The notes beneath the pieces were generated by a model. It had not been told where the DNA came from, made no database searches, and saw only the letters and a program-made list of their open reading frames with translations. From assembly GCA_011050085.1 (NCBI GenBank), contig DRGL01000023.1, positions 308,571 through 372,570 on the forward strand: DNA of 64,000 nt. The letters are read 5' to 3'. A program made the translations under genes and the position numbers. Positions 1 to 9,922 of the stretch are shown piece after piece; position 1 is the first letter of the stretch, and every line of letters begins with the position of its first letter. The DNA is from Pricia antarctica. GTDB taxonomy: Bacteria > Bacteroidota > Bacteroidia > Flavobacteriales > Flavobacteriaceae.

Positions 1-869
1 AGAATACTATTGGCGCAGTCACGCCCTAAAAATTCATGCCTTCCAAGAGGGGCGCTGAACTCTGATTCCAGTTTCTTTTTACCGTCGACTGTCAACAAAA
101 CCCCTTTTAAGTTGACCTCGTTTTCTTTATTGATATAAGCCAAAGCACCGATGGGTGCGGTACAACCTCCCTCTAAAATACGGAGAAACTCGCGTTCTTG
201 GCGGGTACAGATTTCTGTGGATTCGTGATTGAGTTGGGCGCAGGCTTCGCGTACAAATTCATCATTTTCCATTGCCACCACCATGATGGCGCCTTGTGCC
301 GGGGCGGGTACCATCCAAGTAAGACCGATGGTATTTTCGGGTTCGAGACCAATACGTTCAAGACCTGCACCTGCGAAGATTGCGGCGTTCCAATCATTGG
401 TCTGCAATTTTTCGTAACGGGTATTGACATTGCCGCGTAAGTCGACAACGGTATGAGTCGGATACCGGTTCAACCATTGTGCCTTTCGACGCAGACTTCC
501 AGTGGCGATAGTGGCTTCCCTCTCCGCTAAAAACTCTTCATTATCTTTAAAAGCAAGTATATCAAGAACATTACCACGTTCAAGAACAGCGGCCTGCACA
601 ATACCATGAGGCAGTTTCGTAGGCACATCCTTCATGCTATGTACCGCCAGGTCGATTTCACCCTTGAGCATGGCAACATCCAAAGTTTTGGTGAAAATAC
701 CGGTGATGCCCAATTCGTGGAGAGGCTTGTCAAGTATCAAATCACCGGTCGATTTTACGGGAACAAGAACAGCTTTATGCCCTAGAATTTCCAATGCATC
801 TTTAACGGTGGTCGCCTGCCATAGCGCCAGTTGGCTATCGCGGGTACCTATACGTATGATTTTGCTCAT
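1..869 (-). CDS. hemC: Hydroxymethylbilane synthase (porphobilinogen deaminase); 3' end runs off the window
   Basis: Absent from the ORF track because there is no stop in the window. Manual translation from ATG at 869: MSKIIRIGTRDSQLALWQA...TGIFTKTLD...AVHSMKDVP...LRGNVNTR...PAPAQGA. The start overlaps the hemA stop (ATGA). Confidence 0.96.
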   Translation of the reverse strand, partial: MSKIIRIGTRDSQLALWQATTVKDALEILGHKAVLVPVKSTGDLILDKPLHELGITGIFTKTLDVAMLKGEIDLAVHSMKDVPTKLPHGIVQAAVLERGNVLDILAFKDNEEFLAEREATIATGSLRRKAQWLNRYPTHTVVDLRGNVNTRYEKLQTNDWNAAIFAGAGLERIGLEPENTIGLTWMVPAPAQGAIMVVAMENDEFVREACAQLNHESTEICTRQEREFLRILEGGCTAPIGALAYINKENEVNLKGVLLTVDGKKKLESEFSAPLGRHEFLGRDCANSI

Positions 870-2122
870 GGGGTTTCGAGTTCGAGTTGAAAGACACTGC
901 GAATAAGTTCTAAACTCATATCTGAATCGACATCGTCATCTTTGAGATGGTTGGCGAACTGTTTGGTGATTTTTTGAATAATGCGGTTCGAAATGACATC
1001 GGCTTGCTGCTCGTTGAAGTCGGCTAACTTTTTGGATTGATAATCCATTTCCTCGTCCTTCATCGTTTTTAATTTCTTTTTCAAGGCTTTAATGACAGGA
1101 GCGAATTTTCGGGTTTCGAGCCATTTGCTGAAATCGTGCCTTACCTCGGCAATAATCTTTTCGGCATGCGGCACATATTCTTTACGCCGCTCTAATGTCT
1201 TATCGGTCATTTGGGAAAGATGATCTAGATGTATTACCGTTACATTATCCAACTCCGAGACGTCGTCGGCAACATTTTTAGGAATAGAAAGATCCAATAT
1301 CAACAAAGGTTTCTTAGTGTAAATTAATTCTTTTGATATGGTCGGGGATTGCGCACTAGTAGCAACGATGAGCACATCAGAATTGCGGATTTCAGTTTGC
1401 AAATCGCCGTAATCCTTGACCGTCAAATCAAACTTACCAGCGATTCTTTCGGCTTTTTCCTTAGTACGGTTTACTAAGGTGATATGATTGTTTTTGGTGT
1501 GCTTGATCAGGTTTTCGCAGGTGTTACGACCAATCTTGCCCGTACCGAAGAGTAGGATGTTCTTGTCGGAAACCCCTGGTACATTCTCTAAAATATAGCG
1601 GACAGAAGCGAAAGAGACAGATGTAGCTCCGGATGATATTTCCGTTTCGTTCTTGATCCGCTTACTTGCCTGTATGACGGAATTGCAAAGCCTTTCGATA
1701 AAGTGATTGGCAAGGCCAAACTTTTTCGAACGGTTAAAACTTTGTTTCAGTTGACTTATAATCTCAAAATCGCCCAGTATTTGACTATCCAAGCCCGTAC
1801 CCACCTTAAATAAATGTCCGATAGCATCGGTGTTCTTGTAGACATAGGCAACTTCTTGAAACTGCTCTACGGATCCAGTTGTGTTATCGCAAAGTAGTTT
1901 AATGAGTTGGAAAGGATGCTGTGCAAATCCGTATAATTCGGTCCGGTTGCAAGTAGATGTGACCAAAAGACCATCTATTCCCTGTTCTTTTGCTTGCATC
2001 AATAATTTTTCTGCCGCCGCCTTTCCGAGACTGAAATTACCACGGGTCTCGGCATCCGCTTTCTGGTAGCTGAGCCCTATACTGTAAAACGAATTATGTC
2101 GTGAAATATGGTAGTCTTTCAT
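866..2122 (-). CDS. hemA: Glutamyl-tRNA reductase
   Basis: Motifs TSTCNRTELY, GLDSQILGDFEI, GTGKIG, DLSIPKNV; directly upstream of hemC. Confidence 0.97.
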   Translation of the reverse strand: MKDYHISRHNSFYSIGLSYQKADAETRGNFSLGKAAAEKLLMQAKEQGIDGLLVTSTCNRTELYGFAQHPFQLIKLLCDNTTGSVEQFQEVAYVYKNTDAIGHLFKVGTGLDSQILGDFEIISQLKQSFNRSKKFGLANHFIERLCNSVIQASKRIKNETEISSGATSVSFASVRYILENVPGVSDKNILLFGTGKIGRNTCENLIKHTKNNHITLVNRTKEKAERIAGKFDLTVKDYGDLQTEIRNSDVLIVATSAQSPTISKELIYTKKPLLILDLSIPKNVADDVSELDNVTVIHLDHLSQMTDKTLERRKEYVPHAEKIIAEVRHDFSKWLETRKFAPVIKALKKKLKTMKDEEMDYQSKKLADFNEQQADVISNRIIQKITKQFANHLKDDDVDSDMSLELIRSVFQLELETP

Positions 2123-2274
2123 TAACTGGAATGGACGTTAAAACGCTGACGGTACTTTTGCCCCCGTTTTCAATAGTGGAAAAATGGTTGTCTGAATACT
2201 ACATTTGTTCTCTTAGAACTTAGGCTAACCTTATAGGCGATAGCATCCAAAACACTCTTTTCCATAAGTGCCAA

Positions 2275-2282
2275 CAAAAATA
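2275..2282 (-). promoter_or_regulatory. Putative Bacteroidota -7 promoter box for hemA-hemC
   Basis: Minus strand reads TATTTTTG (TAnnTTTG consensus), about 150 nt upstream of the hemA start. Confidence 0.45.
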
Positions 2283-2376
2283 CAGGCTGTTCTCCGTAAA
2301 AAATAACGCTAGCGGTACAATTAGTATCGATGCGCGTTTTTACGCGCAATTTATATAATATATCCGTTCAAATAGG

Positions 2377-2384
2377 TAATTTTG
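2377..2384 (+). promoter_or_regulatory. Putative Bacteroidota -7 promoter box for the AraC regulator
   Basis: TAATTTTG matches TAnnTTTG and lies 73 nt upstream of the ATG. Confidence 0.55.
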
Positions 2385-2409
2385 CAGTAAACACAAGACT
2401 TAACAAAGT

Positions 2410-2436
2410 TTCTATTTAGAAACATTCTAAATAGAA
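2410..2436. promoter_or_regulatory. Perfect 12-3-12 inverted repeat; Fur-box-like operator
   Basis: TTCTATTTAGAA-ACA-TTCTAAATAGAA sits between the -7 box and the AraC start codon. Its core ATTTAGAAACATTCTAAAT resembles the Flavobacteriales Fur box as I recall it. Confidence 0.65.
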
Positions 2437-2457
2437 GTTTATCCTATCCGATTAAAA

Positions 2458-3348
2458 ATGAAGGAAAAAAATATCGCTCAAGGTTCATTTCAGGAAGTCC
2501 TTATAGAAGATGGATTTTTTGTACTAAAAATTCAAAACGATACTTCAGAAATCCATCGGATAGCCCGTGCAATCGACAGTAGCTTTATACAGTTTCATTT
2601 TTGTCTAAAAGGCGGCGCCAAGTTCGTTTTTAATCAGGGAAACTACGCTTTGGAAGTATCTGAAGAAAACTCCCTGCTATTGTACAACCCCCAGATGGAT
2701 CTTCCCCTCAACCTTGAACTTCATGCTAATTCTTGGCTGGTGTCCGTTGTAATGACGATACGAAAATTTCACTCACTTTTCTCTAAAGAGGCTGATTACA
2801 TTCCATTTCTTAGTACGGAAAACAAGGATAAAAAATATTATTCGCAAGAAGCTGTCAATCCTGCCATTGCGGTGGTACTTAGCCAAATCATGAACTACAA
2901 TCTACACCCATCCATCAAAGAACTCTATATAAAAGGAAAAACGTACGAACTGATATCGCTCTATTTCAACAAAGGGGAAGGTACAGATGTCGAGCAATGC
3001 CCTTTTTTGGTCGATGAGGACAATGTAAGGCGCATCCGAAAGGCAAAGGAAATCATGCTCGCTCGAATGGCCGAGCCGCCAACGCTCAAAGAACTATCTG
3101 AAGAAATTGGGCTATCCCTAAAAAAATTAAAAGAAGGGTTTAAACAAATCTATGGGGACTCCGTATTTAGTTTTCTTTTCGATTATAAGATGGAATTTGC
3201 ACGAAAAATGCTTGAAACCGGGCGGCATAACGTGAATGAAGTAGGTCTAAAAGTAGGGTACAGTACAGCGAGCCATTTCATATCGGCGTTTAAAAAAAAA
3301 TACGGCACTACACCCAAAAAGTATTTAATGGCTATGGCGGGCTCTTAG
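2458..3348 (+). CDS. AraC-family transcriptional regulator (heme-cluster associated)
   Basis: C-terminal double HTH (PPTLKELSEEIGLSLKKLKEGFKQIYG...VGYSTASHFISAFKKKYGTTP); divergent from hemA. Confidence 0.93.
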   Translation: MKEKNIAQGSFQEVLIEDGFFVLKIQNDTSEIHRIARAIDSSFIQFHFCLKGGAKFVFNQGNYALEVSEENSLLLYNPQMDLPLNLELHANSWLVSVVMTIRKFHSLFSKEADYIPFLSTENKDKKYYSQEAVNPAIAVVLSQIMNYNLHPSIKELYIKGKTYELISLYFNKGEGTDVEQCPFLVDEDNVRRIRKAKEIMLARMAEPPTLKELSEEIGLSLKKLKEGFKQIYGDSVFSFLFDYKMEFARKMLETGRHNVNEVGLKVGYSTASHFISAFKKKYGTTPKKYLMAMAGS

Positions 3349-3376
3349 GGCCTTAACAGTATTGCAGGATTTTAAA

Positions 3377-4060
3377 ATGGAAAATATTTGGCTGTATAAA
3401 TTAACCACATGCCTAATATTTTTCCCTTTTGTTGTCGCATATGGGTACATCATTTTGACCAAGTCCCCAAAGTTATCTTCTCAATTGGCTTACTGTCGGG
3501 CATCGGTTTTATCGATTTTTATATTGCCTACGAATGGTGGGTATGACGAAATCGGCAGTACTTCTACCACATTTTTTTCTTAAGGCTATCTAACTTGACA
3601 CAGCTATTTTTCTTCAAATTCATATGGTTTGGAAATCCGCATATTCTAGGTAGTTAACGAGTATTGTATTTCAAAATAACTTACAAATAGGAATGTACTT
3701 GCCACTAATCTAACTTTTATTAGCATTACACCCATTCACAAATACACTTACATACTAAGCAATCAAAGCTTCAGATAAAATCTATGCATTCAACACATTC
3801 TTTCAATTAGTGACTATTGTAGTATTGGAAAATAGCCGTCCCAAAAAAAATCCTAACTCATCAGTGAAAGAAGCGATACTTGGTGTGATTTCAAGAAATC
3901 AATATCAATGCGCTTCCGAGTTTAGAATCCTTTAAGTACGGAATTAGTTCAAGCGGGAAGAAATATCGATATGCATTGGATGGTAGGCTATCGACAGTAA
4001 ATATCGTGCGGCATTTTCAACAAATTACTAGGGAAACATTGTAAGATTTGAAAAAGAACA
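3377..4060 (+). pseudogene. Possible decayed membrane-protein gene of unknown family
   Basis: Hydrophobic, protein-like segments join across a frameshift and stops (MENIWLYKLTTCLIFFPFVVAYGYII / DQVPKVIFSIGLLSGIGFIDFYIAYEWWV*RNRQYFYHIFF). No family recognised. Confidence 0.3.
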
Positions 4061-4061
4061 G

Positions 4062-4907
4062 CTATGAGTCTGGTCGCGCCACCATAATACCAGTATTACC
4101 TTTAATCTTTTTCAGATACTCTGCAAGTGGTAGTTCTGAAACCTCAACTTCCATTGAACCTGTGGAAGCGTGTAAAAGATGTATACGCCCATCCTTTTCA
4201 CGCGTGGCAATGCCCGTATGAGTTATATCGAGTCCATCAATGGAGGTGGTCAGGGCAATTATATCTCCAGTTTGAATACGATCTTCATTGGCAGCAATCT
4301 GGTCTTGCGGTAGAATACAAATAGGTTGACCATTTAAGTAGCTTTCCGAAGCCAAAATTCTGTTGAAATTTTCATCGTCACTTAAAAAGGGGTAGAGGTC
4401 GCGATGGGTACTCATAAAATTGATATCCTTAGTAATTTCGGTACCGCCAATTTCAGGGGTTATGTCCTTTAGCAAACCCTTCTTTTCGTTATTTGCTATC
4501 CATTCCGAAAAATAATGTAACCGGGAAGCGTAGCCTCGTAGTTGCCCATCTTTGTAGCGAATATTTTCTAAGGTTTCGACAAATTCGTCGAAGTTCAATC
4601 GGTCGTTTTCGAGCATTAGGCTAAAAGCAAGTACGTTTTCAACATACGTGGTACAATCGAGGCCTTGAAGGTTTACCACCAGAGTTTCAATATCGCCGAT
4701 TTCCAGCGTTTTAGCTACATAGGGAGTACCCATAAAAGATTTTCCGACAGCCACTAGGGTTTTGCCAAAATCGTTCTTTGCCAAACCATCGATTTCTATA
4801 ATCTTGTTTTCTACAGCTTGTTTATCAGCGGGAGAGCAGGTGATTGTTTGGGCGCCTACTATCTCAACAAGGAAAAAAAAGACAACTAAATATTTGTATT
4901 TGCCCAT
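4062..4907 (-). CDS. DUF1460 / AmiA-like N-acetylmuramoyl-L-alanine amidase (NlpC/P60-like fold), secreted
   Basis: Signal peptide; GTPYVAKTLE, GLDCTTYVE (catalytic Cys), RLHYFSEWI, GLDITHTG, HLLHAS. Confidence 0.88.
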   Translation of the reverse strand: MGKYKYLVVFFFLVEIVGAQTITCSPADKQAVENKIIEIDGLAKNDFGKTLVAVGKSFMGTPYVAKTLEIGDIETLVVNLQGLDCTTYVENVLAFSLMLENDRLNFDEFVETLENIRYKDGQLRGYASRLHYFSEWIANNEKKGLLKDITPEIGGTEITKDINFMSTHRDLYPFLSDDENFNRILASESYLNGQPICILPQDQIAANEDRIQTGDIIALTTSIDGLDITHTGIATREKDGRIHLLHASTGSMEVEVSELPLAEYLKKIKGNTGIMVARPDS

Positions 4908-4934
4908 TAGATTAATTTTTGACGAAGATAAGAC

Positions 4935-7900
4935 TTAAAAGCCATGATGCCCATACCCTCCGCCATATCCATTGGGTCGGTATACCTCTGCACGCTGTCG
5001 ATCTTTAAGAAGAAATTGCTCGGTTACAAATCCGATGACCTCTTCCACCGTGTCTGTATCTTCTACACGCATGCCTCCATTTTCATAAAAGGGTTCCGTT
5101 TGTAAACCTTTATCATTCTCAAAAACTAATAGGTGAATGTTGAAATTCTTATCGTAATCATCGGTATTCCTTTTTTTGAAATAATAACCGGTCAGATTTT
5201 TACCGCTGTAAACTAAGGGTTTTTCAGAAAGAAAAATTACTTCTTCTCGGGCTGAAAGATGGTTGCCGCTCGAGAACAATTGCGCTTCCCCCAAGTCTTT
5301 CTGGGTCTTGAATGTCTCAGGAAATAAATCCAATTTTCCAGCTTTCTCAAGTTTGCTAAACAAAAGTTGTCGCGTATTTACATCTGCTGCCAACCTTAAT
5401 AACTCAGATTTGGGAACGGAACCATTTTCTACCAAAAGGGTCATATAGGTAGTGCGGATTTCGGGATTATCGATCAAAGCCACCTTTTCAAAGAATTGCT
5501 TCACCCTTTTTTCAGCCTTGAACGGGAACAAAAGCATAATATAATTTTCTAGAACTCCAATATCCTGTGTGGGTGTTCTAGGGCTATAGAAATCCTGCGC
5601 ATTCAATGTTACGTCTCGGCCCAGCTGTCGTTTCAGCTGTATCTTGGCATCATTCAAGATTTGGGATTTATATTTTTTATAGACCTTCGGTTTTAGTTCC
5701 CCTTCACTTACCAGTTTGGCGAGTAGCGAAAAAATCGGAGCTTTATATTCGCTTATCGTACTATACTGCAATAGTTCAGGGAACAATTTTTTGGCTAGGG
5801 AAAGATTTTCGCGATAGGGAGCGAAGATATAACTGATATGAAATGTGTTTGAAAGTAAGGGTAAATCTGTTGCCATCAGTTCCAGCAAGAAATCTGTAGA
5901 TGTTTCATCTGATTTGTGCGAGATGGACTGTAATATCATCGCCTGAGCGGTTGAATTATTGTAGGATTTCTCATAGAAATCCTTAAAAAACGCGTTTGCA
6001 TCCACATCTTTTAACTGCCCTAATTGTAGAATTAGATGCGACTGTATCTGGCGCATGGCTGAACCAAACTCATGTTCTGAGATATATTTTTGGAGCGAAT
6101 CGGCGTGGTTTTTATTAAATTTCAGATACCGATACCCATCTAGCACAATACTATCATTCTTACGTAGGGCCGCAAAAAAATCTGGAATTTTATCCTCTAG
6201 TATGTCTCGCCCAATGACTGTATCCTTAGGTTTAAAATTATCAAAGAATTCCGTTATAAAACGACTCGGTTTTTCAATGGTATCTACCACCGCCTTTAAT
6301 TCGTAAAGCAGCCCATTATTAATAATATTCTTAATTAAAATACCCCGAGTACTCGCTGTGTCGCTAAGGATCAGCTGCATTTCTTGAAAGCCCTCGGTCG
6401 TTGTCAGTGTTTTCTCGTTGATGATGTTAAACTGTTTTTGGGCATACAGTTTTTTTCGTAACGCCCAAGCTGAATCAAGTGTGCCGAACATCAGAAAATC
6501 ATGGGTCTTATTTAGTTCTACCGAGATGGCTTCATCATTATTATTGCGATAGACTGTTTTTTTATGAAACGGGTCATAGGCTTTGGTTTCCGGCGCACCA
6601 CTATAAAAGCTATTACTGCTCTCAACGAATTTGGGCGGTTTGACCATGGTTTTTGTGCTAAAAAACAGAGCTGTATCGACTACCGTTTCAAAGGGCGTTT
6701 CATATGTCACAGGTTTTAGATGGAAGGAATTGAAATATTCTTCCGCCGCTTTGCCATATTCGGTCAAGATACCCAGAAGGAAATATTCTCCACGCCGGAT
6801 TGTGGTCATCAAATGTAATCGCTTACCAGAATCGGAATCGAAGACTGCCGACGAAATTAACCTGTTTCCGGCAAAAGTTTGGTAACGGGGCTTCAATTTA
6901 AGGTCTTGATAAAATCGTTTCTGAATTTGTTTCAGCTCAAAAGTATCGGCCTCGATAAAGCTAAAGTCATTCACAACGGCTTTCTTAAGAAAAGAATACG
7001 ATTTCTGTTTTACATCATAGCCTTCGACCCATCGGTCGCCGTTACGACTTTTATTGGTAAAGCTATACAGCGCAGGCATTTCAACAATAAAATCTTTAAA
7101 ATCAGAAGATAGTTGCACAGGTCTTTCTTGGTGTTTTCTAAATTGTAAACTATTGAAAACCGTATCGGAATGTTGGGTAACGTAATCTCCCTCACCCCCC
7201 ATTTTGATAATTAAGATTTCTAATGGGGTTTTAAAGATTTGATAGCGCTGTTTATCACCGTTCTTCAACTGGTTCATAATATCCAATCCCTTAAATCCAT
7301 CCTTTGCAATGGTCGTTTTCTCCAAAATTTTTCCAGGGATATTTTCAAAAAGTAATTTATCGATATCCTCTAAGGTATAGACGGCATCTTGCTTCAAAAA
7401 GGAGTGTGTTGGTATGCGATTTATCACTACAAAACTACCGTTGGCCAAATCTGGAGATACATACGTGGTCTTACCTAAATCAGAAACCGGATACAGTTTG
7501 TTCGAAAGATGTATTGTGAAAAATCCGTCTTCCGGACTGTATGCTGTATATTCATTTTCCCGTTTTTTCTTTTCAAATTTGAGTTTTAGCGCCTTGCCCT
7601 TTGAACTCGATTTCGATAGTAGTGGTGCTACCGTATATCCCTTTTTTCGCAATAGGTCGATAACTCCTTTATCTCCGGGCAAATGGGCGGCACCTATGCC
7701 AGCAAACACCTTGCCCTTAGGCATTATGGAATCTAACCGCTCGGTCATATTCGCATTGCGGATGTGCAACATATTTCTCATATAGTGATTGGTGTACATT
7801 GCACGGTCAATGGAGTCTAAAAGTGAAATGTTACGCTCGCGGTAAGCATCTTGTAGCAAAAACATGGGGTCGGATTGCTGCATCTTTTTTTGCAACCATT

Positions 7901-8468
7901 CGTCCGGTTTTTGTTTCATGGCGTTCATACTGGCGCGCCCGACCAAAGCAGAAGACTCTTCCATATCTTCAAGTGCGACTATAGGCTTATCGAACTTTTT
8001 ACCGGCCTGATAGATAAACATGTCAAGATATGTCTCCTCTTCAAAATTTTGGGATAACTCGTTGGTACGGTATAGAATATTATTTACTATACGGTCTTCA
8101 TAAGCGATATAAGCTCCCAAAAGTTCTTTTTTTGGATTTTCGATTCTAAACCTATCGGCGTAAAAACCCTTGGCAATATATCCACCTCCATAACCAAAGC
8201 TATTGTCGCCCATCGCCTCACTGTTTTCGAGCCATAGACCTGGGTCAGATTCAAGAGCCACCATATCACTAGTATCCAAAGCTTCATAAAATACATCGTC
8301 AAGCCGAAATGCAATCTTTTTACTTACGTGCATGGTGCCGTAGAGGTAAGATGATTTCTCAAGGCCGTTGCCAGAAATTTCCCAGAGCAGGCTGTTATCA
8401 TCTTGGGTATATCCCGAAGCGGCAAGAAGACAAAATAATAGGCTAAGCAGAAGGCGCATAAATTTCAA
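4935..8468 (-). CDS. TraB/GumN (TIKI-like metalloprotease) family protein, 1177 aa with a long C-terminal extension
   Basis: Signal peptide; LLWEISGNG..SYLYGTMHVS, RNANM, FAGIGAAHLPG. Confidence 0.85.
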   Translation of the reverse strand: MKFMRLLLSLLFCLLAASGYTQDDNSLLWEISGNGLEKSSYLYGTMHVSKKIAFRLDDVFYEALDTSDMVALESDPGLWLENSEAMGDNSFGYGGGYIAKGFYADRFRIENPKKELLGAYIAYEDRIVNNILYRTNELSQNFEEETYLDMFIYQAGKKFDKPIVALEDMEESSALVGRASMNAMKQKPDEWLQKKMQQSDPMFLLQDAYRERNISLLDSIDRAMYTNHYMRNMLHIRNANMTERLDSIMPKGKVFAGIGAAHLPGDKGVIDLLRKKGYTVAPLLSKSSSKGKALKLKFEKKKRENEYTAYSPEDGFFTIHLSNKLYPVSDLGKTTYVSPDLANGSFVVINRIPTHSFLKQDAVYTLEDIDKLLFENIPGKILEKTTIAKDGFKGLDIMNQLKNGDKQRYQIFKTPLEILIIKMGGEGDYVTQHSDTVFNSLQFRKHQERPVQLSSDFKDFIVEMPALYSFTNKSRNGDRWVEGYDVKQKSYSFLKKAVVNDFSFIEADTFELKQIQKRFYQDLKLKPRYQTFAGNRLISSAVFDSDSGKRLHLMTTIRRGEYFLLGILTEYGKAAEEYFNSFHLKPVTYETPFETVVDTALFFSTKTMVKPPKFVESSNSFYSGAPETKAYDPFHKKTVYRNNNDEAISVELNKTHDFLMFGTLDSAWALRKKLYAQKQFNIINEKTLTTTEGFQEMQLILSDTASTRGILIKNIINNGLLYELKAVVDTIEKPSRFITEFFDNFKPKDTVIGRDILEDKIPDFFAALRKNDSIVLDGYRYLKFNKNHADSLQKYISEHEFGSAMRQIQSHLILQLGQLKDVDANAFFKDFYEKSYNNSTAQAMILQSISHKSDETSTDFLLELMATDLPLLSNTFHISYIFAPYRENLSLAKKLFPELLQYSTISEYKAPIFSLLAKLVSEGELKPKVYKKYKSQILNDAKIQLKRQLGRDVTLNAQDFYSPRTPTQDIGVLENYIMLLFPFKAEKRVKQFFEKVALIDNPEIRTTYMTLLVENGSVPKSELLRLAADVNTRQLLFSKLEKAGKLDLFPETFKTQKDLGEAQLFSSGNHLSAREEVIFLSEKPLVYSGKNLTGYYFKKRNTDDYDKNFNIHLLVFENDKGLQTEPFYENGGMRVEDTDTVEEVIGFVTEQFLLKDRQRAEVYRPNGYGGGYGHHGF

Positions 8469-8627
8469 TTTTCGCTATGGCATTACCCCGGTTACCCTGC
8501 TATGAAACAGCAGTTGTGCGTAAGTAAATAATTACAATTATGACGAGGTATACAAATTTAGGCAAGTTGACCGAATGGCATATCCTCGTATACCATTAAA
8601 ATACTCATCAGTTTTAGGATATAACGG

Positions 8628-9704
8628 CTAATCTTCACTCCTATTTTCCGAGAGTCCCTCTTTTTCGATCTTAAGGCGGGTTCGAGGCAAGCTATCGGGA
8701 TAATTTTCCTGTAAAAACGTAATTAACTTTTCACGCACTAGAACCCTTAAATCAAATGCCGTAGGCGAATCTTTAGCACTCATTAGTGCACGGATTTCGA
8801 TACAATCCAATTTTGAATCCGTAACCTGTACGACATTGACCTCACCGTCCCAAAGCTCGGTACCGTTCAAAATTCTCGTAAATTCCTCTCGTATAGCATC
8901 AAAAGGAACGTTATAATCGGTGTACAGAAAAACTGTACCCAAAATTTCAGAAGAGGTTTTGGTCCAATTTTGAAACGGTTTTTCGATAAAATAAGTTGTA
9001 GGCAAAATAAGTCTTCTTTTGTCCCATATTTGAACGACAACGTAGGTAAGCATAATTTTTTCGATACGGCCCCATTCCCCCTCTACCACTACAACATCGT
9101 CTAATTTGATAGGCTGTGCCACGGCAATCTGGATACCTGCCAATATAGTGCCAATCATCTTCTGTGCTGAAAACCCGATGATAATACCGGCCACTCCGGC
9201 GGAGGCAAAAATGCTGACGCCGATTTCACGAATACCCTCGAAGCTCATAAGGGCAATCCCTATGGCAAATATGATGATGATAAATATTAAAATACGCTCC
9301 AATATGTTGAATTGGGTAACTACTTTTCTGGCCTTTAGATTGTCGCTAGCCCCTGCATCATATTTCTCAATAACATTCCGTTTCACTATTTTAATGACAC
9401 TCAATAACAACCAAGTAAACGCAAAGATGAACAAGAGCGTACTCGATTTTCGAAACCAATAGGCATACTCTTCAAGACCAAGAACATGTCTAAGGGCCTC
9501 TAAACGGATTAATATGGATAGAAAAATTATAAAAAGAGGTTTGCTGACTTGCTTTACAGCTTCAATTGGCATCAAATATTTAGGATTCTTACCCATACGC
9601 CTCAATACAAACAACACTATAAAATGAGTAATAATCAGCACTATTATTGCAGAGACCACATAAAGTAGGGATTGATTGTTTCCACTAAAAAGTTCTTTGA
9701 GCAT
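8628..9704 (-). CDS. MscS-family mechanosensitive channel
   Basis: N-terminal TM helices; SAGVAGIIIGFSAQ, QPIKLDDVVVVEGEWGRIEKI, PFQNWT. Start moved to ATG 9704 (MLKELF). Confidence 0.92.
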   Translation of the reverse strand: MLKELFSGNNQSLLYVVSAIIVLIITHFIVLFVLRRMGKNPKYLMPIEAVKQVSKPLFIIFLSILIRLEALRHVLGLEEYAYWFRKSSTLLFIFAFTWLLLSVIKIVKRNVIEKYDAGASDNLKARKVVTQFNILERILIFIIIIFAIGIALMSFEGIREIGVSIFASAGVAGIIIGFSAQKMIGTILAGIQIAVAQPIKLDDVVVVEGEWGRIEKIMLTYVVVQIWDKRRLILPTTYFIEKPFQNWTKTSSEILGTVFLYTDYNVPFDAIREEFTRILNGTELWDGEVNVVQVTDSKLDCIEIRALMSAKDSPTAFDLRVLVREKLITFLQENYPDSLPRTRLKIEKEGLSENRSED

Positions 9705-9881
9705 TTGGTATAAATGGTTTAAAATGAGTAGGTGGGCAAGAAGGATGCCCTTGTTCACAACATTAATCGTTAAAATTAGAAAGTAATAATTTTTTTGGGA
9801 AAAAATCCCAAAATTCATAGAATCTATAACACTATAAAAAAACAATTCGGAAGATACGTCAAGAGGATGCTTCTCAAGCCT

Positions 9882-9889
9882 TATTTTTG
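9882..9889 (+). promoter_or_regulatory. Putative -7 promoter box for hemH
   Basis: TATTTTTG, 33 nt upstream of ATG 9923. Confidence 0.55.
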
Positions 9890-9922
9890 CAATTGAAAGT
9901 TCATTTCAAAAATTGCTATTTT

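Noticed and set aside
173-906. Short ORFs 173-448, 198-440, 229-417 and 634-906
   Set aside because: Alternative-frame or antisense shadows of hemC, which is the real gene here.
3362-3583. 73-aa ORF after AraC as an intact gene
   Set aside because: It changes character midway; better explained as part of a frameshifted remnant.
5263-8314. Multiple 60-123 aa ORFs within the TraB gene
   Set aside because: Antisense or out-of-frame shadows with no motifs.
8541-8594. Imperfect inverted repeat acgagg...cctcgt upstream of TraB as a riboswitch
   Set aside because: Short stem, no known motif; it overlaps an ordinary minus-strand -7 box (caaattta).
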